This document shows, one piece after another, positions 37,740 to 46,980 of a DNA stretch of 64,000 nt. The DNA is taken from contig CAXXNF010000001.1 in NCBI GenBank assembly GCA_963666365.2, positions 1,408,001-1,472,000 on the forward strand, written 5' to 3'. The translations under genes and the position numbers were made by a program. The DNA is from Syntrophales bacterium. Its GTDB lineage: Bacteria > Desulfobacterota > Syntrophia > Syntrophales > UBA2210. The notes beneath the pieces are model-generated. The model was not told the DNA's origin and ran no database searches. It saw nothing but the letters and a program-made list of their open reading frames with translations. Each line of letters opens with the position of its first letter. The first letter of the stretch is position 1.

Positions 37740-38954
37740 ATGAAAATGCGAAGTATTCTATGTGCAGTATGTGCGGCTGTATTTATGCTGTTTCTCATTG
37801 CACCGATCCCGGCCGTCTCTGCCGCCGATGATGTTATCACCATCGGCTACAGTGGACCGCTAAGCGGTGGAGGCGCCAAGTTCGGGAAAAATCTGCAAAT
37901 GGGGCTGGATCTTGCGGCAGATCAGGTCAATGCGATGGGCGGTCTCGATGTGGCGGGAAAAAAATACTCCGTTCGCGTGGTAAGCATGGACGACCAGTTC
38001 CAGACGGCGCTGACTGTAAGCAATGCCAAGAGGCTGGTCCACAAGGAAGGGGCGAAGATGATCTTCAATCCCTCCAGCGGCGGCATTTTCGGCCTTATGT
38101 CGATCAACGAGCGTGAAAAGTTCATTATATGTGCCTACACGACCAACCAGATTTGTGTGACCTCCGGTAACAATCTCCTCTATCGTGGTCCCCCTTCCAT
38201 GCTTGCCTACGTGCAGGCCTGGGCCGACAGGGCCATGGAGAAACACGGATGGAAGAAATGCGCCATGATGCAGGGGGCCTACGATTATGGAAAGATCTGG
38301 AGCGGTCTCTTCGAAAAATATTGGAAGGAAAAGGGGGGGACCATTACCTGTAATATTCCCGTCGACTGGATGAGGGTGTCCGATTATTATCCCCTGCTCA
38401 CCAAGGCCCTTGCCACCAATCCGGACTGCATCCTCCTCGGCTCCTCCTCCGAACCGGATGCCATGCAGATTCAACAGGCCCGGGAGCTGGGATTCAAGGG
38501 GGGATTCATCATCATCGAGCGCGGAAAACTGGACGAAATGGAAAAGTTCGTGAAGGACACCAATGTGCTTAATGGGTGTATCGGCACGGCGCCCCTCTAT
38601 TTCTATCCGCAGAAGAACGCAAAGAAATTCATAAAGCGTTTCGCGGAAAAATACGGCAAGGATGTCGTGATTGCCCACGAATCATCCATCGCCTACGGCA
38701 GTGTGATGTATTATCTTGGAGGCATTCAGCTGGCGGGCACCACCACGGATGTGTACAAGATAATGGAAGCCATGAAAAGCCCCGAATTGATGAAGGTGCC
38801 TCTCGTGAAAGAAAACGACGTGTACGAAAACGAGAAGATCTATCCCAACGGCGCCGTCAAGGGTCACATACTGGGTGTTGAGTTCGAGAAGGGAAAGTAT
38901 TCGGAACCTTTCCCTGTCGCCACGCCCGAATGGATCTGGACGGAAAAATATTAA
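37740..38954 (+). CDS. ABC transporter substrate-binding protein (LivK/PBP1 type)
   Basis: Signal peptide; IGYSGPLSGGGAKFG, VNAMGGL, MDDQ; start ATG 37740 with ggaggg SD. Confidence 0.9.
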   Translation: MKMRSILCAVCAAVFMLFLIAPIPAVSAADDVITIGYSGPLSGGGAKFGKNLQMGLDLAADQVNAMGGLDVAGKKYSVRVVSMDDQFQTALTVSNAKRLVHKEGAKMIFNPSSGGIFGLMSINEREKFIICAYTTNQICVTSGNNLLYRGPPSMLAYVQAWADRAMEKHGWKKCAMMQGAYDYGKIWSGLFEKYWKEKGGTITCNIPVDWMRVSDYYPLLTKALATNPDCILLGSSSEPDAMQIQQARELGFKGGFIIIERGKLDEMEKFVKDTNVLNGCIGTAPLYFYPQKNAKKFIKRFAEKYGKDVVIAHESSIAYGSVMYYLGGIQLAGTTTDVYKIMEAMKSPELMKVPLVKENDVYENEKIYPNGAVKGHILGVEFEKGKYSEPFPVATPEWIWTEKY

Positions 38955-38976
38955 ACCGGGACCTGTGCAATAGTTG

Positions 38977-39013
38977 AAAAACGGGGAGGGGGGGCGCCCC
39001 CTCCCGGTTTTTT
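38977..39013 (+). terminator. Stem-loop with U-tract after the SBP gene (partial terminator or stabiliser)
   Basis: aaaaacggggaggggg...cccctcccggtttttt. Confidence 0.65.
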
Positions 39014-39046
39014 GCGGGGTCTTCATCATTCAGAGGAGGTTGTTCC

Positions 39047-39907
39047 TTGGGTATCCTTTTGCAGACGATTATAAACGGCATTATGCTCGGGTCCATTTAC
39101 GCCATGGTCGCATTGGGGCTCACCCTGATTTACGGGATCCTGAATATTCCCAATTTTGCCCATGGCGCCCTGTACATGATTGGCGCCTATATGGCCTTTT
39201 TTGCAATTACCTCATTCGGCGCTCCCTACTGGCTCGGATTGATCATTGCCATGGTGATTCTTTTTGTGATAGGGATGCTGGTGGAACGACTCGCCTTTCG
39301 TCCTCTCTATGACAAACCGCTGATCAATTCCTTTATCGTGGCCGTGGGACTCATCCTGATCTTCGAGAACGGCGCCCTGGCGATATGGGGACCGGAATTT
39401 CGTCAAATTGCACCGCTCAGCGATGCCGTCATCAAAGTTCTGGGAACCACGATCACCATGCAGCGTATCATTGTCATTATCACCGCAATATTGCTTATCG
39501 TGGCAGTCCATCTTTTCATCAAAAAAACCCGTCTCGGTGCGGCGATTGAAGCGACGTCGCAAAACCGGGAAGGTGCGCAGCTAATGGGAATCAATGTGCG
39601 TATGATGGGCGGCATCACCTTCGGAATCGGCACCGCTCTGGCCGCGGTGGCCGCTGTGCTTGTGGCGCCCATCCTTCTGATCTATCCCATGATGGGGGCG
39701 CCTGTCATCGGCATGGCCTTTGTCATCATCATCATCGGCGGCATGGGGAGCTTTTTCGGCGCCGTGCTGGGAGGATACATCATCGGCCTGCTGGAGACGC
39801 TCGTTTCCTCATATGTAACGAACTATTTCACTGAAGCGATAATTTTCGGATTGCTGGTAGTGGTGCTTGCGATAAAGCCAACGGGACTTTTCGGAAAGGA
39901 GCATTGA
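39047..39907 (+). CDS. ABC permease (LivH-like)
   Basis: GLTLIYGILNIPNFAHG, IIIGGMGS, KPTGLFG; TTG start. Confidence 0.92.
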   Translation: MGILLQTIINGIMLGSIYAMVALGLTLIYGILNIPNFAHGALYMIGAYMAFFAITSFGAPYWLGLIIAMVILFVIGMLVERLAFRPLYDKPLINSFIVAVGLILIFENGALAIWGPEFRQIAPLSDAVIKVLGTTITMQRIIVIITAILLIVAVHLFIKKTRLGAAIEATSQNREGAQLMGINVRMMGGITFGIGTALAAVAAVLVAPILLIYPMMGAPVIGMAFVIIIIGGMGSFFGAVLGGYIIGLLETLVSSYVTNYFTEAIIFGLLVVVLAIKPTGLFGKEH

Positions 39908-40896
39908 CAACGGTGAGTACGAATGGACGAAAAAAAGCGATCATATACGGCCTGCTTTTACTGCTTGCCGTTGCCGCGCCGCTTGTGGTCAGGGATGAAT
40001 ACCACCGGCACATTATGGTCATGTGCGGTATCTGGGTCATTGCGGCGCTGGCGCTGAACCTGATACTGGGGTATGCCGGACAGCTCAATCTTGCCCACGG
40101 GACCTTTTTCGGGATCGGGGCCTATGCGACGGGTCTGCTGATGCAGAAGGCCGGTATTCCTTTCTGGGGGGCCCTGCCCCTGGGGTGTCTGATTACGGCC
40201 TTTATGGGGGTGGTCACGGGAATTCCCACATTGAGAACAAAGGGTCATTACTTTCCCATTGCCACCATGTGTCTGGGCATTGCCATTTACTACGTAATCG
40301 CCCGCTGGGACGATTTCACCGGAGGCGCCCGGGGGCTCTTCGGTCTGCCCCGTCCCGAGGCGATCCCGCTGCCCTTCGGCAAGGAAATATCTTTCGACAG
40401 CACCATTGCCTGCTATTACCTGGTCCTCTTCTTCGTGCTGGTAACCATAGTGGTGATCTCCCGGCTTGTGCGGTCCCTGACGGGCAAGAGGCTGATTGCC
40501 ATTCGCGGCAATGAAGATCTGGCTCAGTCGCTGGGCATCAATACCATGCGGGACAAGGTGGTGTGCTTTACCATCAGCACGTTCTTTGCCGGGCTTGCCG
40601 GCGGTGTCTTCGCGGCCTACATGGGAACGCTGATGGCGGAGAATGCCCACTTTCTGGTCAGCTTCGAGATGCTCCTTTTTGTAATGATCGGCGGAGTGGC
40701 CACCATTGCCGGTCCCGTGGTGGGCGGCATTGTGATTCCGCTGCTCACGGAAGAGCTGCAATTTCTGGGAGGAATGCGTCTGGTGGTATTCGGTCTGATT
40801 TTGATTCTTACCATTCGATTCCTTCCCTTCGGCATTGTCGGGGGAATTCGTGTGGCCGTGATGCGCATTACCGGCCGGGGAGGGAAGACCCAATGA
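39904..40896 (+). CDS. ABC permease (LivM-like)
   Basis: LNLILGYAGQLNLAHG, LRTKGHYF, AIRGNEDLAQSLGI. Confidence 0.92.
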   Translation: MTTVSTNGRKKAIIYGLLLLLAVAAPLVVRDEYHRHIMVMCGIWVIAALALNLILGYAGQLNLAHGTFFGIGAYATGLLMQKAGIPFWGALPLGCLITAFMGVVTGIPTLRTKGHYFPIATMCLGIAIYYVIARWDDFTGGARGLFGLPRPEAIPLPFGKEISFDSTIACYYLVLFFVLVTIVVISRLVRSLTGKRLIAIRGNEDLAQSLGINTMRDKVVCFTISTFFAGLAGGVFAAYMGTLMAENAHFLVSFEMLLFVMIGGVATIAGPVVGGIVIPLLTEELQFLGGMRLVVFGLILILTIRFLPFGIVGGIRVAVMRITGRGGKTQ

Positions 40897-41672
40897 ACGA
40901 TCTTCTGCTCGATGTGCGAAAGGTAACAAAGGATTTCGGAGGCCTGCGGGCAATCGACGAGGTGAGCTTTCATATCAAAAAGGACGAAATATTCAGCATT
41001 ATCGGTCCCAACGGCGCCGGTAAAACGACCATGTTTCATCTCATTACGGGGTTTCTCCTTCCCACGGCGGGAGAAATCATATTCAAGGATCAAAGAATTT
41101 CCGGCCTGAAGCCCTTCCAGGTTGCGAGAAAAAAGATAGGACGCACCTTTCAGCTGACGACGCTGTTTCTCCAGAACACGGTGATGGAAAACCTGATCAT
41201 CGGCCAGCGCGTGACCCGCGAAGCAGGGGTGCTGCAATCCATATTCGGGGGAAGGAAACGAAGGGGGCGTCAGCAGGAGGCAGAAGATCGGGCCTCGCAG
41301 CTTGCCGAATTCGTGGGGCTCGGCGGTTTCAAAGACGTTCCTGCGGCCCTGCTTCCCCATGGCGCGCAGAAACAGCTTTCCATCGGTCTCGCGCTTGCCG
41401 GCGGGCCCGAGCTGGTGCTGCTTGATGAACCGGTGGGCGGGGTGGACATGAATGAGATCGATGTGATCATTGATCTTATAAAAAAAATCAGGGGCATGGG
41501 CATTACCGTCTGCCTCATTGAGCATAAAATGAGCGTGGTGATGAATATTTCCGATCGCATTCTGGCGCTCAACTATGGTGAGAAGATCACCGAAGATGTG
41601 CCGGAGGTGGTCTGCCGCAATGAAGAAGTGATCAAGTCCTATCTGGGGGATAAATATGTTGCTTCAAGTTAA
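40893..41672 (+). CDS. ABC ATP-binding protein (LivG-like)
   Basis: GPNGAGKTT, GRTFQ, LLDEP, IEHKM; start ATG 40893 overlapping the upstream stop (ATGA). Confidence 0.92.
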   Translation: MNDLLLDVRKVTKDFGGLRAIDEVSFHIKKDEIFSIIGPNGAGKTTMFHLITGFLLPTAGEIIFKDQRISGLKPFQVARKKIGRTFQLTTLFLQNTVMENLIIGQRVTREAGVLQSIFGGRKRRGRQQEAEDRASQLAEFVGLGGFKDVPAALLPHGAQKQLSIGLALAGGPELVLLDEPVGGVDMNEIDVIIDLIKKIRGMGITVCLIEHKMSVVMNISDRILALNYGEKITEDVPEVVCRNEEVIKSYLGDKYVASS

Positions 41673-42366
41673 AGATCTGGAATGTTATTACGGGCAATCC
41701 CAGGCACTGCAGAACGTTTCCATCGAGGTGGATGAGGGAGAGTGTATCTGTGTGCTGGGGGCCAACGGCGCCGGCAAAAGCACCCTCTTGAAAACCATTG
41801 CGGGATTGGTAAAGCCGAGAAGCGGAGAAATAACATTTTCCGGCAAACACATCGATCGGATGGACGCCCACATGGTGGTGAGAGAGGGGATCACGCTGTG
41901 TCCGGAGGATAAGAAGATCTTTCCTCAAATGAGCGTGTATAAAAATCTCTATCTCGGCGGCTGGGTCCATGGACGCGATATGGAGCGGATCGAAAGCAAT
42001 CTCGCCGATGTATACGAACTGTTTCCCATACTCAAGGCACGAAGCAACCAGGATGCGGGTACGCTGAGCGGCGGCGAGCAGCAGATGCTGGTCATCGGGC
42101 GGAGCCTGATGTCCAATCCCCGGCTCCTGATGCTCGACGAACCCTCGCTGGGCATTGCCCCCCTGGTGGTGGACAGCATATTTGAAGTGATAAAAGAAAT
42201 AAACGCACGCAAAACAACCATACTGCTGGTCGAACAAAACGCCTCCATCGGTTTGGACATTGCCGCCCGGGGATACATAATGGAGACGGGTGGCATCACC
42301 ATGAAAGGCGCATCGCAGGAATTGCTGAAAAACGAGAAAGTAAAAAAGGCATACCTGGGATTATAA
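41656..42366 (+). CDS. ABC ATP-binding protein (LivF-like)
   Basis: GANGAGKST, LSGGEQQM, LDEPSLG, LVEQN, KAYLG. Confidence 0.93.
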   Translation: MLLQVKDLECYYGQSQALQNVSIEVDEGECICVLGANGAGKSTLLKTIAGLVKPRSGEITFSGKHIDRMDAHMVVREGITLCPEDKKIFPQMSVYKNLYLGGWVHGRDMERIESNLADVYELFPILKARSNQDAGTLSGGEQQMLVIGRSLMSNPRLLMLDEPSLGIAPLVVDSIFEVIKEINARKTTILLVEQNASIGLDIAARGYIMETGGITMKGASQELLKNEKVKKAYLGL

Positions 42367-42375
42367 AAAACAGTG

Positions 42376-42473
42376 TATAGGTGATGGGTAATAGGTGATA
42401 GGCGATGAACATTGCCATGTTTTGTGTTTGCCTCTCACCTATAACCCCGAACCCATAACCTATCACCCATCAT
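42376..42473. repeat. Inverted pair of 7-mer tandem arrays forming a hairpin
   Basis: ataggtg atgggta ataggtg ataggcg ... cacctat aaccccg aacccat aacctat cacccat. Confidence 0.8.
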
Positions 42474-42491
42474 CGGCATCAGGAGATTGCT

Positions 42492-43226
42492 ATGCAAAAG
42501 GTGTCACTCTTTATTCCCTGTACGGTTGATCTCTTCCTTCCCGAGATCGGCGAGGCAACCGTAACGGTGCTTCGGCGCTTGGGTGTGCACCCGGTGTATC
42601 ATGAGGAGCAGACCTGCTGCGGTCAGCCGGCCATGAACGCCGGATATCGGGACCAGGCGCGAAAGGCGGCGAAGCATTTTATCCGCATCTTCGGCGACGA
42701 CGAGGTGATCGTCAGTCCCTCCGGGTCCTGTGTGTACATGGTCACACATCACTATCCGGAACTTTTGAGCAATGAGCCGGGGTGGCTGCGACGGGCGGAA
42801 GAGCTCTCGGGCCGCGTGTACGAACTGACACAATATATTGTCGATATCCTCGGTGTCGACGATGTGGGCGCCCGGTTCGAAGGAAAAATAACCTATCACG
42901 AATCCTGTCACATCCTTCGCGGTCTCGGGGTGTCGGCGCAACCTAAAAAATTACTGACCGGTATTGCCGGCGCTGAAATCGTGCCGCTTTTTGCGGCGGA
43001 TTTCTGCTGTGGTTTCGGCGGCGAGTTTGCACACACCTATCACTACATATCCGAAGAGATGGTAAAGGAAAAGGTGCAGCATTTCATCAACAGCGGCGCC
43101 GACGTGCTGACATTATGCGAACCGGGTTGCCTTCTCAATATCAACGGATATCTCAGCCGCCATCACCCGGAGAAAAGAGTGATCCATATGGCGAACCTCT
43201 TGGCCGGTGCGGGGAAGGAGGGCTGA
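42492..43226 (+). CDS. lutA: LutA/LldE-like Fe-S oxidoreductase subunit (two CCG domains)
   Basis: QTCCGQPAMNAG, SPSGSC, TYHESCH, CCGFGG, GCLLNI. Confidence 0.88.
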   Translation: MQKVSLFIPCTVDLFLPEIGEATVTVLRRLGVHPVYHEEQTCCGQPAMNAGYRDQARKAAKHFIRIFGDDEVIVSPSGSCVYMVTHHYPELLSNEPGWLRRAEELSGRVYELTQYIVDILGVDDVGARFEGKITYHESCHILRGLGVSAQPKKLLTGIAGAEIVPLFAADFCCGFGGEFAHTYHYISEEMVKEKVQHFINSGADVLTLCEPGCLLNINGYLSRHHPEKRVIHMANLLAGAGKEG

Positions 43227-43227
43227 C

Positions 43228-44673
43228 ATGAAGATTAAAACAGAGCAGTTTAATGAGGTTGCAAAAAAAGAAATCAAGAATGAATACGCCCGCGCCTTCC
43301 TGGGATTGCTCCCGCCTGTCATCGCCATGCGGCGCCAGCAGGTAATGAGTTCCTTCCCCGATCCCGACGCGGCACTTGCCTACGGGCAGGCCATTCGTGC
43401 CGAAGCCGTGGAGCGATTACCCGAGTTGCTTGAAGAATTCGAGAAAAATGCCTGTGCGCAGGGCGCGCAGGTGCTGTGGGCCCGTGATGCGAAAGAGGCG
43501 AACCAAATGGTGCTTGCCATCGCGAAGGAGCGAAATATCGACTATCTCACCAAGGGAAAATCGATGGTGACGGAAGAGATGGGTCTGAACGAGATCCTCA
43601 TTAAAGAGGGGATCGATACCTATGAGACGGATCTTGGCGAGTTTATCGCCCAGCAGCTGGAACGTCCCCCCTTTCATATTGTCGGTCCCGCCATTAATGT
43701 GCCCGTTGAAGAAGTCTGCGATCTCTTCATGAGAAAAGCCGATATGAAAGAAGCCACCACCGATCCGGTCGAGCTGGGGTATGCGGCGAGGCTCTTTCTT
43801 CGGGATAAATTTCACCACATCGAAATGGGGGTCACCGGCGTCAATATGGCGGTCGCCGAAACGGGCACGATTATCAACGTGGAAAACGAGGGGAATATCC
43901 GATTCAATAAATCCTCGCCCAAAACGCAGGTGTCGATTATGAGCGTTGAGAAGGTCGTGCCCACCATGTCCGACGCCATGCACCTCCTGCGCCTGCTCTG
44001 CAGAAGCTGCACGGGACAGAAGATATCCGCCTATGTATCCATGGACAGCGGTCCGAAAAAGGCCGATGAAATCGACGGCCCCGAAGAATTATTTATCATT
44101 ATAATCGATAACGGTCGCTCGGACTTCTATGAGGATCGCATGGCCCGCGAAGCCTTGAGATGCATTCGCTGCGGGGCCTGTCTGAATATCTGTCCCGTCT
44201 ATTCGAAAATAGGGGGGTATCCTTACGGGTGGGCCTACTCCGGTCCCATGGGACAGGTGCTCAATCCGCTTCTTCTCGGTCTCGACAAGACGCAGGATCT
44301 TTATCGCGCCTGCACGCTGTGCGGTACCTGCCGGGATGTCTGTCCCGGAGGTGTGGACCACCCCTCGCTTTTTCTTTATTATCGAGCCAAGGATGTGGAA
44401 GGGGACCGGAAGTTTAAGGGAAAACGGCGCAGTCGGAAGGAAATGCGCTTCTTCGATCTATGGAGCCGGGCCGTTTCTCACCGCTGGCTGTGGAACCTCG
44501 GCGTCAAAGGGGTTCGTCCCTTCCTCAACAGATATGCCCGGGCCGGAGTGATACACAGCATGGGCCGATTTTTCGAGGGATGGTTCAAGGAACGGAACTT
44601 GCCCGCCCTGGCGAAAAAGTCCTTTCATGAACGGTGGAAGGAAATAAAGATCAAAACAGAACCCCCGGCATGA
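43228..44673 (+). CDS. lutB: LutB/LldF-like iron-sulfur subunit
   Basis: KGKSMVTEE, ETDLGEFI, ENEGN, CIRCGACLNICPVY, CTLCGTCRDVCP; start ATG 43228. Confidence 0.9.
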   Translation: MKIKTEQFNEVAKKEIKNEYARAFLGLLPPVIAMRRQQVMSSFPDPDAALAYGQAIRAEAVERLPELLEEFEKNACAQGAQVLWARDAKEANQMVLAIAKERNIDYLTKGKSMVTEEMGLNEILIKEGIDTYETDLGEFIAQQLERPPFHIVGPAINVPVEEVCDLFMRKADMKEATTDPVELGYAARLFLRDKFHHIEMGVTGVNMAVAETGTIINVENEGNIRFNKSSPKTQVSIMSVEKVVPTMSDAMHLLRLLCRSCTGQKISAYVSMDSGPKKADEIDGPEELFIIIIDNGRSDFYEDRMAREALRCIRCGACLNICPVYSKIGGYPYGWAYSGPMGQVLNPLLLGLDKTQDLYRACTLCGTCRDVCPGGVDHPSLFLYYRAKDVEGDRKFKGKRRSRKEMRFFDLWSRAVSHRWLWNLGVKGVRPFLNRYARAGVIHSMGRFFEGWFKERNLPALAKKSFHERWKEIKIKTEPPA

Positions 44674-44715
44674 TCGGGTCGAAATACAGGCCCGCTCTAT
44701 AGGAGGAAATTACAA

Positions 44716-45387
44716 ATGAATCGAAGCGCACGTGATGAAATTCTGACCAGACTGAAAGGGACGTCCCCAGGGGAACTCCCCCCAAGACCGGAAATGCCCC
44801 CCCTGAGGGAACTGGCTTTGAGTCCTGAGGAAATGATTGCAAAGTTTACCGAAGAGCTGGTGCTTCAGGAAGGAGTGGTGCATCGGGTAAAGAGTAATGA
44901 CGAGGTTTTGATGAAACTGACGGAAATCGCCGCTTCGGAGGGATTGAAGGAGGTAATCGTTTCGACTGACGATGTTGTCGCCGCCCTGGACCTGCCCTCG
45001 TGGGGGAAGAATCACGGCGTGACCGTTCGCTCGTCCGCTGATTTTTCTGACAGGAACGCCTTTAAGGATGAGGCATTCACGAAAGCCGATGCCGGCATTA
45101 CCGGCGCCGATTATGCCGTAGCCGAGAGTGGAACGCTCGGTAGTATTCATGATAAGGATCAGCCGCGACTCCTTTCGCTGGCGCCGATTATGCATATTGC
45201 CATAGTACCCGTTGCCCGCATGGTTGCCGTCTATGAGCAGGCGACCGAGGCCGTGTACGGCGAGAAAAAAACCATTCCACCCCACTTTACTTTTATCACG
45301 GGACCGAGTATGACGGCGGATATCAAGGCGACCCCATTCAAGGGGATGCACGGTCCACGCAGGTTGATCGTGATCCTGATCGGCTAG
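44716..45387 (+). CDS. lutC: LutC/LldG-like LUD-domain subunit
   Basis: ARDEILTRL, AVAESGT, SLAP, FITGPSMTADI, GMHGPR. Confidence 0.88.
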   Translation: MNRSARDEILTRLKGTSPGELPPRPEMPPLRELALSPEEMIAKFTEELVLQEGVVHRVKSNDEVLMKLTEIAASEGLKEVIVSTDDVVAALDLPSWGKNHGVTVRSSADFSDRNAFKDEAFTKADAGITGADYAVAESGTLGSIHDKDQPRLLSLAPIMHIAIVPVARMVAVYEQATEAVYGEKKTIPPHFTFITGPSMTADIKATPFKGMHGPRRLIVILIG

Positions 45388-45444
45388 AGTCAGGACTGTG
45401 CTCCGACAGCTGACTGCCGGCAGGGACTGAGAAAGGATTGTGCC

Positions 45445-46698
45445 ATGAAAACAGTTTCGATTCCATCACGTCTCTGGTACGAAAACGAAGAACGGGAACT
45501 CACCTTTCCCGATCGATGGGATGTGGATAATCTGACATCGCCGGGGTTCGACAAGCCCGGACTTTCACCGGAAGAAATCGGGAACAGGGTGGCGCACCCG
45601 ATCGAAGGGCCGACCCTGGAAGCGCTTGCGAAAGGAAAACGCCAGGCCGTGATCGTCTTTGACGACATGACCCGCCCCACGCCGGTGAAAGACGTGGCGC
45701 CCCAGGTGCTCGATGCGCTTCATGAGGCGGGCTTTCAGAAAGACCAGATACGGTTCATCTGGGCCTTGGGCAGCCATGGCGCCTACGATATGATCAACGC
45801 CCGGAAGAAACTGGGAGATTACATCGTCGAAAATTATGCCGTGTATAATCACGACCCTTTTCAGAACACCGTCAGGGTGGGAAGAACGCCGACGGGTGTC
45901 GAGGTGTGGCTGAACCGGGAGTTCATGCACTGCGATCTGAAGATCGGGATCGGCTGCATCACGGCCCATGTCCATGTCGGGTTCGGCGGAGGGGGTAAAA
46001 TCATTCTTCCCGGTGTTGCGGGGATAGAATCGATAAACCAATTTCACAATCAGCTGCATCGGGATCAGAGCCGGACCGGCCTCGGCAAGTTCGACAACAA
46101 CATCATGCGGGCGGAATGCGATGCCGCAGCCGAAATGGCGGGATTGGGCTTCAAAGTCGACTGTCTGCTCAACCGCAGGGGAGAGATCACCAATCTCTAT
46201 GCCGGGCACTTTAAGGCGACCCATGCCGCCGGCGCCGAAGAAGGGAAGGAGCATTACGGAATTCCCTACGCGGGCGGGTACGATGTCGCCGTCTGCAATT
46301 CCTATGGGAAGGCCAATGAATCGGCCATCGCCCTGCTTTTGTCGCTCATGGCCCTGAGAACGGATGGCGCCGGCACGGCGGTTCTTGTCGCGGATGCACC
46401 GGAAGGGCAGGTTCCTCATTATGTCATGCGGGGCTGGGGCTCCGATTACGGCGGCCGTCATTACGTACCCAAGGTGAAAGGCCAGAGCATGATCACACCC
46501 TTTATGAAACGTCTTATTGTCTTTGCCCCCCAACCCGACAGGACCATGCTCGACCTGATATGCCATATTGATGACGCCGTCATCGTGAAAACCTGGTCCG
46601 ACGTGCTAAGGCTGCTCGATGAGGATTATCCGAACAGCGCCCGCGTCGCCGTCATTCAGGACGGCACGATGCAATATATGAAACCGCCTCAATCATAG
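45445..46698 (+). CDS. LarA-family nickel-pincer 2-hydroxyacid racemase/epimerase
   Basis: DDMTRPTP, ALGSH, NHDP, H-x-x-x-GFGGGGKIILPG, NQFH motifs. Confidence 0.85.
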   Translation: MKTVSIPSRLWYENEERELTFPDRWDVDNLTSPGFDKPGLSPEEIGNRVAHPIEGPTLEALAKGKRQAVIVFDDMTRPTPVKDVAPQVLDALHEAGFQKDQIRFIWALGSHGAYDMINARKKLGDYIVENYAVYNHDPFQNTVRVGRTPTGVEVWLNREFMHCDLKIGIGCITAHVHVGFGGGGKIILPGVAGIESINQFHNQLHRDQSRTGLGKFDNNIMRAECDAAAEMAGLGFKVDCLLNRRGEITNLYAGHFKATHAAGAEEGKEHYGIPYAGGYDVAVCNSYGKANESAIALLLSLMALRTDGAGTAVLVADAPEGQVPHYVMRGWGSDYGGRHYVPKVKGQSMITPFMKRLIVFAPQPDRTMLDLICHIDDAVIVKTWSDVLRLLDEDYPNSARVAVIQDGTMQYMKPPQS

Positions 46699-46707
46699 GG
46701 TGATGTC

Positions 46708-46980
46708 GTGAAGAACAATGCACTGATCGTCAACAAAAAGGATAATGTAGCCGTTGCGCTCCGCGATCTTAAGGCGAAGGAAACGGTAATAATAGAGGGC
46801 GAGGCGCGCTTCGCCGTCGTTGAAGATATTCCTGCCAGCCACAAGCTGGCATTGCGGGATATTGACGCAGCGGAAGAAATCGTGAAGTACGGTGAAGTCG
46901 TAGGCGTGAGTGTCAAGACAATCATGAGAGGCGCCTGGGTTCACACACACAATCTGGAGAGCCGGCGGTGGAAGAAATGA
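46708..46980 (+). CDS. UxaA-family dehydratase/lyase small (SAF) subunit
   Basis: KDNVAVALRDL, IPASHKLALRDI, IVKYGEVVG, GAWVHTHNL. Confidence 0.9.
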   Translation: MKNNALIVNKKDNVAVALRDLKAKETVIIEGEARFAVVEDIPASHKLALRDIDAAEEIVKYGEVVGVSVKTIMRGAWVHTHNLESRRWKK

